A stretch of DNA of 64,000 bases from the human T2T-CHM13v2.0 reference genome, Homo sapiens: the NCBI RefSeq assembly GCF_009914755.1, contig NC_060944.1; one strand, written 5' to 3'. Of the stretch, positions 44,770 to 55,575 are shown in pieces. The position numbers and the translations under genes are program-made. Position 1 is the first letter of the stretch. Every line of letters begins with the position of its first letter. Below the pieces are notes generated by a model. The model made no database searches and was not told the DNA's origin. It worked only from the letters and a program-made list of their open reading frames with translations.

Positions 44770-47250
44770 ACCCTCAGACTAGAACAAGACCTCTACTCCC
44801 TGGGTCGCGAGCTTCCGGACCCTCGAACTATGAAAACATTGCTCCTCCCTGGGTCTGCAGCTCCACGACCCTCAAACCAGATCAAGATCTCTCCTCCCTG
44901 TGTCGTCAGCTTCCTGACCCTTGAACTATGACAACATTGCTCCTCCCTGGGTCAGCAGCTCCACAACCCTCAAACCAGATCAAGATCTCTCCTCCCTGGG
45001 TCGCCAGCTTCCTGACCCTCGAACAACAGAAACATTACTCCTCCCTGGGTCAGCAGCTCCATGATCCTCAAACTAGAATGAGACCTCTCCTCCCTGCGTC
45101 GCCAGCTTCTGGACCCTTGAACTATGAAAACATTGCTCCTCCCTGGGTCGGGAGCTCCATGACCCTCAAACTAGAACAAGACCTCTCCTCCCTAGGTCTG
45201 CAGCTTCCAGTCCCTCAAATAACAACATTGCTCCTCCCTGGATCTGCAGCTCCACGACCCTCAGACTAGAACACGATCTGTCCTCCCTGGGTCACCAGCT
45301 TCCGAACCTTCGAACTAAAACAACATTGCTCCTCCCTGGGTCTGCAGCTCCACGACCCTCAAACTAGAAAAAGACCTCTCCTCACTGTGTCGCCAGCTTC
45401 TGGACCCTCGAACTACAAAAACATTGCTCCTGCCTGGGTCTGCAGCTCCACGACCCTCAAACCAGATCAAGATCTCTCCTCCCTGTGTCGTCAGCTTCCT
45501 GACCCTCGAACTATGACAGCATTGCTCCTCCCTGGGTCCGCAGCTCCACGACCCTCAAACTAGAAGAAGACCTCTCCTCTGTGTGTCGCCAGCTTCCTGA
45601 CCCTCGAACTACAAAAACATTGCTCCTCCCTGGGTCTGCAACTCCACGACCCTCAAACCAGATCAAGATCTCTCCTCCGTGTGTCATCAGCTTCCAGACC
45701 CTCAAACTACAAAAACATTGCTCCTCCCTGGGTCTGCAGCCCCACGACCCTCAAACTAGAACAAGACCTGTCCTCCCTGTGTCCCCAGCTTCCTGACCCT
45801 CGAAGTACAACTTTGCTCCTCCCTGGGTCTGCAGCTCCACGACCCTCAATCCAGATCAAGATCTCTCCTCCCTGTGTCATCAGCTTCCTGACCCTCGAAC
45901 TATGACAGCATTGCTCCTCCCTGGGCGCACCCTCAAACTAGAACAAGACCTCTCCACCCTGCGTCGTCAGTTTCCGGAGCCTCAAACTAAAACAACCTTG
46001 CTCCTCCCTGGGTCTGCAGCTCCACAACCCTCAAACTAGAACCAGACCTCTCCTCCCTGTGTTGCCAGCTTCCTGACCCTTGAACTATGGAAACATGGCT
46101 CCTCCCTAGGTCTGCAGCTCCACGACCCTCAAACTAAAACAAGATCTCTCCTCCCTGGGTCTGCAGCTCCACGACCCTCAAACTAAAACAAGATCTCTCC
46201 TCCCTGTGTCATCAGCTTCCAGTCCCTCAAATAACAACATTGCTCCTCCCTGGGTCTGCAGCTCCACGACCCTCAAACTAAAACAAGACCTCTCCTCTCT
46301 AGGTCTGCAGCTTCCAGTCCCTCAAATAACAACATTGCTCCTCCCTGGATCTGCAGCTCCATGACTCTCAGACTACAACAAGATCTCTCCTCCCTGGGTC
46401 ACCAGCTTCCGGACCCTCGAACTACGAAAACATTGCTCCTCCCTGGGTCTCCAGCTCCATGACCCTCAAACTAAAACAAGATCTCTCCTCCCTGTGTCAT
46501 CAGCTTCCAGTCCCTCAAATAACAACATTGCTCCTCCCTGGGTCTGCAGCTCCACGACCCTTAAACTAGAACAAGACCTCTCCTCACTGTGTCGCCAGCT
46601 TCCGGACCCTTGAACTATGAAAACATTGCTCCTCCCTGGGTCCGCAGCTCCACGACCCTCAAACTAAAACAAGATCTCTCCTCCCTAGGTCTGCAGCTTC
46701 CAGTCCCTCAAATAACAACATTGCTCCTCCCTGGATCTGCAGCTCCACGACCCTCAGACTAGAACAAGACCTCTCCTCCCTGAGTCACCAGCTTCCGAAC
46801 CTTCGAACTAAAACAACATTGCTCCTCCCTGGGTCCGCAGCTCCATGACCCTCAAACTAGAACAAGACCTCTCCTCCCTAGGTCTGCAGCTTCCAGTCCC
46901 CAAATAACAACATTGCTCCTCCCTGGATCTGCAGCTCCACGACCCTCAGACTAGAACAAGATCTCTCCTCCCTGGGTCACCAGCTTCCGGACCCTCGAAC
47001 TACAAAAACATTGCTCCTCCCTGGGTCTGCAGCTCCACAACCCTCAAACTAAAACAAGATCTCTCCTCCCTGTGTTGCCAGCTTCCGGACCCTCGAACTA
47101 TGACAACATTGCTCCTCCCTGGGTCTGCAGCTCCACGACCCTCAAAGCAGATCAAGATCTCTCCTTCCTGTGTCATCAGCTTCCTGACCCTTGAACTATG
47201 ACAACATTGCTCCTCCCTGGGTCTGCAGCTCCATGACTCTCAAACTAGAA
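44770..47250 (+). repeat. Homogeneous higher-order core: 98-bp A/B dimer (~25 copies)
   Basis: The cattgctcctccct marker recurs at 44837, 44935, 45033, 45131 ... 47107, 47205, mostly 98 or 95 bp apart. Confidence 0.95.
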
Positions 47251-47615
47251 CAGCAGCACCAGCTCCTTCCTGGACCTCCAGATCAATGACTCTCAGACTT
47301 CAAAGGCAGCAGCAGCTCCACCCCCAGGCTCCAGCTCTAAAACCCTCAGATGTGAGCAGTGGCAGCACCAGCTCCTTTCTGCGTCTCCGGCTTCATGATC
47401 CTTAAATTAGAACAGCAGCGCCATCTTCTCCCTGCGTCTCCAGCTCCAGGAACCTCAAACTGCAACAGGAGCACCTGTTCCTCTGGGATTTTCACCTCCA
47501 CGACCCTGAGGTGTCAGTGGCAGCACTGGCTCCTCCCCTGGGCTGCAGCTCCAGAACCCTCAAGAATAATCCCTTCTCATGAAATGTAGCAGTCAGGAAA
47601 ACTGCAGAGGAAGTA

Positions 47616-47655
47616 AATAAATAAATGTTTTCTTTCAAACTGATGTTTCTTTTAT
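47616..47655 (+). terminator. Candidate polyadenylation signal (overlapping AATAAA x2 plus U/GU-rich downstream element)
   Basis: aataaataaatgttttctttcaaactgatgtttcttttata ~50 bp after the array end. Confidence 0.4.
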
Positions 47656-48059
47656 ATTCACACAAGTCAGGAAACTTTTCTACTTTCCATCAACCTTACA
47701 ATCTACTTATATTCAATTGTAAGGTGGAAATCCACCATTTGAAATAACCTTTAAAAACTTAGTAACTCTCTTTTACTATGATTTTATCTCACAGCTCTAG
47801 AAACGATCTTTCACTTTGCCTGTGCAGAAGTCTTGTGAACATTCAAACTAGAATTTACTTGCTTGAGATTCTAGAATACACGTTATCCCCAGATGTTCCT
47901 GCCCTCCTTAAAATCTTCTAACATGTTCCCCTCACCCGAGCATAAATGCCAGGTCCTATCCACAGCCCACAGTGCCCAGCACGGCCCTGCCCTCTGCCCT
48001 GACCTTATGGTCTCCCCTCTGCTGTTACTTTCCTCCCAGACAGGCCTCTGTCACTTCCT

Positions 48060-48365
48060 CAAACCACACAGGCTCAGGCCTGACTCCGGGCCTTTGCCCC
48101 TGCTGTGCCCCCTGCGTGGAGCGCCTTTCCCCGGCTCCCCATCCTCCTCTCCACCGGCTCAGCTCCAGCCTGCTGGCCGCCCCTCAGTCCCCGCCCCTCA
48201 GTGGGGAGGACATCCAGAACACACGATGTCCTCCCCGCTAGGCCTTTGCACATGCTGTTCTCTGTGCCTGAAACCCTTCCCCCCTCACCATCTGCGTTCA
48301 CTTTTCTAATTTCCGTTCATCCTTGGAGTCTCCACTGAAATATCGCCCCCCCGCCTGCCCCCACC
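48060..48365. promoter_or_regulatory. CpG-retaining GC-rich patch in L2 remnants with GC boxes
   Basis: ccgcccctcagt twice (~48177-48202, includes ccccgcccc) and atcgccccccgcc; function inferred only. Confidence 0.3.
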
Positions 48366-48485
48366 ACTTGGACTTAACCTTGCTTAGGTTGAAAACCCCC
48401 ATCTCCTGAGTCCAGGAAGCTAGATGCTGTCCTGGCACTTGGAACTTTCCCATCACAGCGTTTTGCGCACTCGTAATTTATTCTA

Positions 48486-48618
48486 TTAGGTTGGTGCAGA
48501 AGTCATCGCAGTTTTTGTCATTACTTTCAATGAACTGCAGCGCCGGCTCCTCCCCACTTTTGATTGCCATTACCTTTACTGGCAAAAAAGTGCTGGAATT
48601 ACTGCTGCACCAACCTAA
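48486..48618. mobile_element. Expanded MADE1 (133 bp instead of ~80 bp)
   Basis: ttaggttggtgca...tgcaccaacctaa TIRs, TA duplication, extra internal sequence. Confidence 0.9.
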
Positions 48619-49130
48619 TAGAATAATTTATATTTATTGATCCATCATATGTCTTCCCCTCTAGAAAATAAGCTCCATAAGAATAGTGACCAAATCTACT
48701 CCAATCACTCCAGCTTCCTTGCACATTGTCAATAATTATTTACCGACTGACTGATAGAGAAATATCTTCATTGTTGCTGGGATGAGCCACATAACATGAC
48801 ACGCCCCTTTGAAAGTCAATGTCATGGACAGTTAGCATTTGCTTTTCACTCCTGCACCCGTGGCTTGGCTGGGCTTAGGCTGATCTAGTCTGGGCTTGAC
48901 TCCAGGCTGAGGGTTGGAACCCTGCGTGCTCCACATGCCTCTCATCCTGCAGCTGGAGCCAAAGTTCCCTGGGGCACGCTCGTCTCGTGGGAAAAATCAA
49001 GAGCATTAGAGGGCAGGCCTGGCAGTGCCGACACATTCCAGGCTTCTGCCTGTGCCGTGTCTACGAACATCTCATTGGCATAAGCAATTCACCCAGACAC
49101 GAGCAATACCTCCATCTCAAAAGATAGGAA

Positions 49131-49178
49131 AAGAAAATACCAGTGTTTTTAGGAAAGAAAATACCAGTGTTTTTAGGA
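49131..49178. repeat. Perfect 24-bp tandem duplication
   Basis: aagaaaataccagtgtttttagga twice. Confidence 0.9.
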
Positions 49179-49939
49179 AAAGACTGGGGGGTGGGGTGCA
49201 GATCTGGGCATTACGTATTCCAATTTCCTATTGTAGAAAATGGGAGCTAATCAAAGGCTTGGCTTCAATGCTTCCAGTTTAGGATCAAAGCCAAAACAAC
49301 GAAATAGGGGCAATTCAAAGGAACACCCTCTTTACACCTGTTATTTTTATAAGAAATGAAAACCTTTCTTAGGAGACCTGTCACAATCCTCTTCGGTCTT
49401 TTGGGCCAGAATGAGTCATAGGGAAGTCCTCACTGTAAAGGGAGCTGGGAAGTATCTGGCAAAGGTGACTGGCATAGCCAAGGCTGGTTTTGACCAATTG
49501 TGATCCATTTCCATTTTGCCTAGAAAAAAATCCTGTTAGCAAGTAGGGTGGGGACAGCTGTTGGGTGAGCAAACATCAGCACCTCCTACTTTATCTTCTT
49601 CCACCGCCAGCATCCAATCCAGGGGACAGCCTGTTGTTCCCTCCCTCAGATGCCTCCTCTATTGGTCAGCTTGTTTTCTTCCTATGCCTGGTACCTTCAT
49701 TGGCATTGCACCTTCTCTAGCCTGGACCATAATTGCCCTTAATACCCTACCTCCTGTCCTTTCTCTTTCAAAAGACTGACAGATACCTGATCTCTCAAGT
49801 ACAATTCTAACTTGATTACTCCAGCACCCAACTATCTTTGATAACTCTGTCTCATCTGCCAAGTTATATACAAACCTTCTCAGGGTGAAAACCAAGGCCT
49901 TCCATAATATGATCATTGGTAAGGGAGAAAAAAAAAAAA

Positions 49940-50445
49940 AACAGTCCTGTTTGCATCTAGACTATGGAGGGAACTGAGAAACACAACCCTCCAGGCCATG
50001 ATGCTCCTGAGTCGACATGAACCACACTCAAAGAATATGAACTCGTTCAGACAAGGCCACAAGTTGACTGTGTTTAGAGGTAGGCAGGGATAAGACCACT
50101 CTGCAGCCACAGAAATGACTGAACATGCCCCTTTTCTAACATGAGTGACAGCTGCCTCTTTACCAGTGACAACTCTAGCCTGCTTCAAGCTTCCCACTCC
50201 TGAGATAAAGTATTTAAGATACGCAATCACCAAGTTGCCCTCACTTCTTGACCTTGCCTCCTTAATCCCTTTTTGGAACCATTCTGTAGAAGCCTAGGTC
50301 CTCTAAAAAGCACTGCCCCTTCCCCCTTACTGAGATGCCCCCAGGTGGCCATGGGCGTGGGAATCTCCCTGACTGCAGCAAGCTAAATAAACTGACTGTG
50401 ACTGCAGGGAAGTTCCTGGCAGTCTTAGGTGGGTGGGCTTTAACA
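49940..50445 (+). mobile_element. Old ERV1-type LTR (MER67/MER92-like; family uncertain)
   Basis: ctccct...gcagcaagctaaataaact...gttcctggcagtctt...gggctttaaca 3' end. Confidence 0.5.
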
Positions 50446-52114
50446 TCATGATCTAACTTTACAACTTTACAACTGTTCCCCAATAGCTTCTTTATAGTTC
50501 AGACTTTTTTTTTTTTTTCACAATCACACTTAATTCTGAACAAGTTGCTGGATCCAGCTGCTATTTTGCAAGAAATACACAGGACAGAGACAGGAATGTG
50601 CTGACTGCACCATAAATTCGGATTCGCCAAAATCCAGACTGTGAAAATCTTTATAGGTCACAGGGTTCAGGCACTGTGACAAAGAAGTTTTAAGAAAAAG
50701 ACAGGCATGGAAGGGAAATCTGGAAATTTAAGAGACTTACCAAGATTTACCAAATGGGTAACGTGAACTATGCTGTCTAGGGAGCCACATGGGGGTGATT
50801 AAGCCATGCAGATTGTAGGGAGGTTGTTGACTATGAGAATCAGCATGAGGGTTACTTTTGGAGGGAGGAAGGGACAGACTGTGATTGGGATGCAGCCGTG
50901 AAGGGGACTCTGGCCAGGTGCTCTTTCTTGACTTAGTCTTGGTGATAAGAATATTTGTGTATAATATCTCACTAAGCTATACATTTTTGTGTTTTTTTTG
51001 TACCTGTGTTTGATTTTAAAATAAAAAGGCTAAAAAGAATATCCTTGAACAGTTTCATTTCTGTACATAGGAGTCTATAGACAAGGGAAGCAAGAAGTCA
51101 AGTTAGGGAGCTGTCAGCAAACCAGGAGAAGGATGATGGGGCTTAACCCACGATGACAGCGGCAGAGACCAGGAGTTGCATTCAGATTCCAATGTTTTGG
51201 AAGAAAGAACCAACAGGAGCCTCTGACACATTGAATTGAACATGGGAGAAGAAGGAGAAGCAATGTTATACTGTCACCTCTTTCTGACTTTATTGTGAAC
51301 CTGGTGAACATAATGGCCAATCAAAGACATTGGAGTGGATGAGATGAAGGTTTCACAAAAGTACTAAAGAAAAAGCTATTGTCTATGGGCAGATGACACT
51401 AGTCCAGGGAGGAAAAAAACGGTAGCGAGTAGATGTTCTTTTCCACCAAAAGGTATCGTGCCTATCGTGGAAGCTCCTGGTAGACATTTGCTGGAAACAG
51501 CATAGCCCAGAGACATTGGAATAAATTTGAGATGTCTTGAAACTATAATACCCAAATCTGACTATCTGTTCAGTGCTGAAATCTGACTATCTGTCATATT
51601 TGGGTATTATAGTGTCATAAGTGAGTGTCATAAAATGAGTTAGGAGTGTTTCTTCTGCCTGTATTTTCTGAAGGTGCTTACGATCGATGTTATTTCTTAA
51701 GGAGGGCTGAGATTGTCAGCCCAACACTTCAGATATGCATTGCCCTTGGGGCAATGCCCTTGATGGGGCATCAAGACCCCGTGTCTATTTCACTTCCGAA
51801 ATTCAAGATAAACAAGGCAGCCTTTTGTTGGAGCTCATTGCCCATTTGTTGAATTGAATAATCCATCTCTCCTCCTTAAAAAAGTCAAGTTCATAAAATA
51901 AGGAAGCAAGACTTCTAAATATTTTATGGGAAAAGATTGTCAATAACCAACTCTTTTACATTATTTTTATAGGTCACACTTAAATTGGCAAAATAGCAAC
52001 GTGCAGGTATGTGTCTTATGAACGTCTGCTTTTTAGCAATGAGAATCCTATTTTCCTACTGGCTTTTGTTATTATTTCTGACACGTCTAACTTAGTTTTT
52101 GCTCTCTTACTAGC

Positions 52115-52404
52115 TATAGGGTTTTCTCACTCTGTTGCTCAGGCTGGAGTTCAGTGCCACAATCACAGCTGCCTGTCACCTTGAACTCCTGGGCTCAAGC
52201 AGTCCTCCCACCTCAACCTACCAAGTGCCTGTAGTAGCTACAGGCATGCACCACCACTCCTGGTTAATTTTTTTGTTTTTAAAAATAGAATTGGGGGTTT
52301 AGCCATGTTGCCCAGGTTGGTCTCGAACTCCCATCCTCAAGTGATCCTCCTGCCTCGGCCTCCCAAAGTGCTAGGATAACAGATATGAATCACCACACCC
52401 AGCC
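52115..52404 (-). mobile_element. Alu (AluJ-like)
   Basis: aatcacagct...gaactcctgggctcaagcagtcctcccacc. Confidence 0.9.
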
Positions 52405-53265
52405 TGTGGTAATACAATTTTTAAGCCGACATTTTCCTGGACTAAAGGAGCTGTTGAAGTCTAGACTCCTAGGAAAATCCTGATGTCCTGCTTATAAATA
52501 GACATCCTATTTGAGCTGAGTTATTTTGCAGAAAGGCTGCCTGCAGCTTTAAATGGGCTCCCCAACCTCAGATTCTGGGAAGTTGGCAGCCAGCTGCACT
52601 AGGAGTGAGTTATGATGTCAGCTTTCCAGAATTCCTAATGAACTCCAGAGCAAAAAATGCTGTTGCTCTGCCTCCCCCAAGTCACATTTCTAGTTGATTA
52701 ACGAGCAAAGGAGTAGAAAAATCTATAGCTTTGGAGAAGGAGGAAGAGTGAAATAATTTCTCCTCTAAGAAACCACAGTGCCCCGATTATTTTATTTGTT
52801 AAGAAAAAGGAATTTCATTTTCTATTTATTTCCTCCTTTAAATCTAGATTCAGACCCCCGCTTCCCCCTTCCCAGTCATAAAAAGCAGGTTTGGCTCTAT
52901 ACCCCTCCCTTTACCTTCATCCCTGCTTATTTGGTCCAAGATAGAAAATCCAGCCCTGCCCTTTTGGGGGCAGTTGTCTTAGCTCTTTGAGGTCTGTTTA
53001 AAATCTCATCTAGCATACATAAAATAGATCTGCAACCCTCCATTAAAAGTCATGGCCTCCTGGCTGCAAAGAGATACATCCGGGTGAAAGTTGTGGTTGG
53101 TTATGTCCAGCTCAGCCCTTCTGTGGCCCTGCCCCAGCATGGGCTGAACATCTTCCCACCAGCTGGGACATCCAGGGCAGCTGATCTTTTAGGGGAAAAT
53201 CACTCTGCACAATTACCCTGCTCCATATCCCACCTTCTGTAAGGCTGCTTAGGCTAATTAAAAGT

Positions 53266-54775
53266 CATGCTTCTTTGGAGAAATGTCTATTGAAATCCTT
53301 AGCCATTTTTTAATTGGGTTATTAGGGATTTTTTGCTATAAAGTTGTAGGAGTTCCTTATATATTTTGGAAATTATCCCTTATCAGATACATAGTTTGCA
53401 AATATTTTCTCTCATTCTGTAGGCTACCTTTTTACTCTACTGATTGTTTCCTTCGCTGTGCGGAAGCTGTTTAGTTTGGCATCGTACTTGTCTATTTTTG
53501 CTTTAGTTGCCCATGCTTTTGGTGTTGTATCCATGAAATCACTGCCAAGACCAATGTCATGAAATTTTCCCCTATGCTTTCCTCTAGGAGCTTTATAGTT
53601 TTAGATCTTACATTTAAGGCTTTAATCCATTTTTAGGTGATGTTTGTAAATGGTGTAAGACAAAGATAAGGATCTAATTTCATTCTTTTGCATATGTATA
53701 TCCAATTTTCCCACCACTATTTATTGAAGAGGCTATCCTTTCCCTATTGTGTATTCTTGGCACCCATGTTGAAAATCATCCTACCATATATTTGGGTATT
53801 TATTTCTGGGCCCTCTATTATAATTCCATTCATCTATAGGTCTGTCTTTATGCCAGTACCATACTGTTTTAATGACTATAACTTTGTAATATATTTTGTG
53901 ATCAGGAAATGTTATGCCTCTGGTTTTGTTCTTGTTTTTCAAGATTATTTTGGGTATTCTGGGTCTTTTGTGGTTCCATATAAATTTCTGAATTTTTTTG
54001 TATTTCTGTAAAAATAAAATTCCATGTGATTTTGATAGGGATTACTTTGAATCTGTAGAATGCTTAGGGTAGTAGGGACACTTTAACAGAATTAAGTCTT
54101 CCAATCCATGAACATGAGACATCTCTCCATTTGTTTGTGTCTTCTTTAATTTTTCTCATCAATATTTTGTAGTTTTCAGTGTACAGATCTTTCACTTCCT
54201 TAGTTAAGTTTGTTCCTAAGTATTTTTTTAATGCTATTGTAAACTGGATTGATTTTCTAATTTCCTTTTCAGATAGTTTGTTGTGAGTATATAGAAACAC
54301 AATTGATTTTTGTATGTTGACTTTGTATCCTGCAACTTTACTGAATTTGTTTATTAATTCTAACAGGTTTTTTTTAAGAGTTTTTAGGGTTTTCCATATA
54401 TAAGATCATGCCATCTGCAAAAGGGAAAGCTTAACTTCTTCTTTTCCAATTTAGATGCCTTTTATGTCTTTTTCTTGACTTGTTGTGTTGGCTAGGACTT
54501 CCAGTACTATGTTGAATAGAAGTGGTAAGAGTAAGCATCCTTGTCTTTTTCCTGTTCTTCCTGGAAAAGCTTTCAGTTTTTTACCATTGAGTGTAATGTT
54601 AACTGTGGGCTTTTCATATATGGCCTTTATTATGTTGAGTTAATAATTTTTCTCTATGCCTAGTTTTTGAGTGTTTTTATGATAAAAGAGTGTTGAGTTT
54701 CATGAAATGCTCTTTTTGTATCACTTGACATGATCACGAGATTTTTCTCCTTCATTCTGTTAATGTGGTGTCTCA
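53266..54775 (-). mobile_element. L1MA-type ORF2 fragment (inverted 5' part)
   Basis: The minus-strand ORF 54064-54300 reads as L1 ORF2p ([20 protein letters not shown]...WIGRLN). Confidence 0.9.
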
Positions 54776-55575
54776 CATACAATAGCTATATGAAAAGATG
54801 CTCAGCATCCCTAATCATCAGGTGAATGCAAACTAAAACCAAAATGAGATATCACCACACATCATTTTTTAGGATGTCTATTATCAAAAAATCAAAAGAC
54901 AACAAGTGAGAATGTGCAGAAATTGGAACCCTGCTACACTGTTGGTGGGAATGCAAAATGGTGCAGCTACTATGGAAAAATGCATAAAGGCTCCTCAAAA
55001 AAACTAAAAGTAGGACTATCATATGAACCAGCAATCTCATTTCTGGGTATTTATTCAAAAGAACTGCAATTAGGACCTTGAAGAGATCTCAGCACTGCCA
55101 TCTTCATCGCAACATCGTTCACAGTAGCCAAGATGTGAAATCAATCTTGATTGATGGATGAATGGATTTTTAAAATGTGATGTAATATATACATATAATA
55201 AAATATTATTCAGCCTTAAAAAAAAAGAAATCTTGCAATCTATGACAACATGGATGACCCTTGAAAGCATTATGCTAAGTGAAAAAGGCCAGTCACAGAA
55301 GGACAAATACTACATGATTTCATTTATATGAGGTATCAAAAATAGGCAAACTCATTGAAGCAGAGAGTAGAATGGTGGTTGCCAGAGGCTTGGGGGGAGG
55401 GTGAAAGGGAAACTTTCTAATCAACAGGTGTAACATTACACTTAAGCAAGATGAATAAGTTCTAGAGATCTGCTGCCTGACATTGTGCCTATAGAGAGCA
55501 ATACTGTATTGCACACGTAAAAGTCTCTACAAGGGTAGATCTCATATTAAATGTTCTTACCACAATTTAAAAAAT
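54776..55575 (+). mobile_element. L1MA8/9-like 3' end (sense part)
   Basis: tatatgaaaagatgctcagcatc...gatgaataagttctagagatctgctg...ggtagatctcat...gttcttaccacaat. Confidence 0.85.

Larger units (their letters stand above)
41303..47563 (+). repeat. ~6.3-kb C-rich minisatellite/satellite array (53-bp flanking monomers, 49-bp core units)
   Basis: Monomer approximately agctccacgaccctcaaactagaacagcagcaccggctcctccctgggtctcc repeated throughout; no long ORF. Confidence 0.97.

Noticed and set aside
44821-47100. agttcgaggg on the minus strand of B units as Pol III B-boxes
   Set aside because: Lacks the conserved C of GTTCRAnnC, and I see no A-box or terminator
44770-47250. CRISPR-like periodicity (constant ctcctccct every 49 bp)
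   Set aside because: The intervening sequences are themselves repeats rather than unique spacers, there are no cas genes and the context is mammalian
41289-47589. Ser/Pro/Gln-rich ORFs in the array suggesting a mucin-like coding VNTR
   Set aside because: Units of 53, 49 and 98 bp break frame, stops are frequent and no ORF exceeds ~113 aa
53283-55514. Functional L1 reverse transcriptase
   Set aside because: Fragmented, inverted and full of stops; a dead copy
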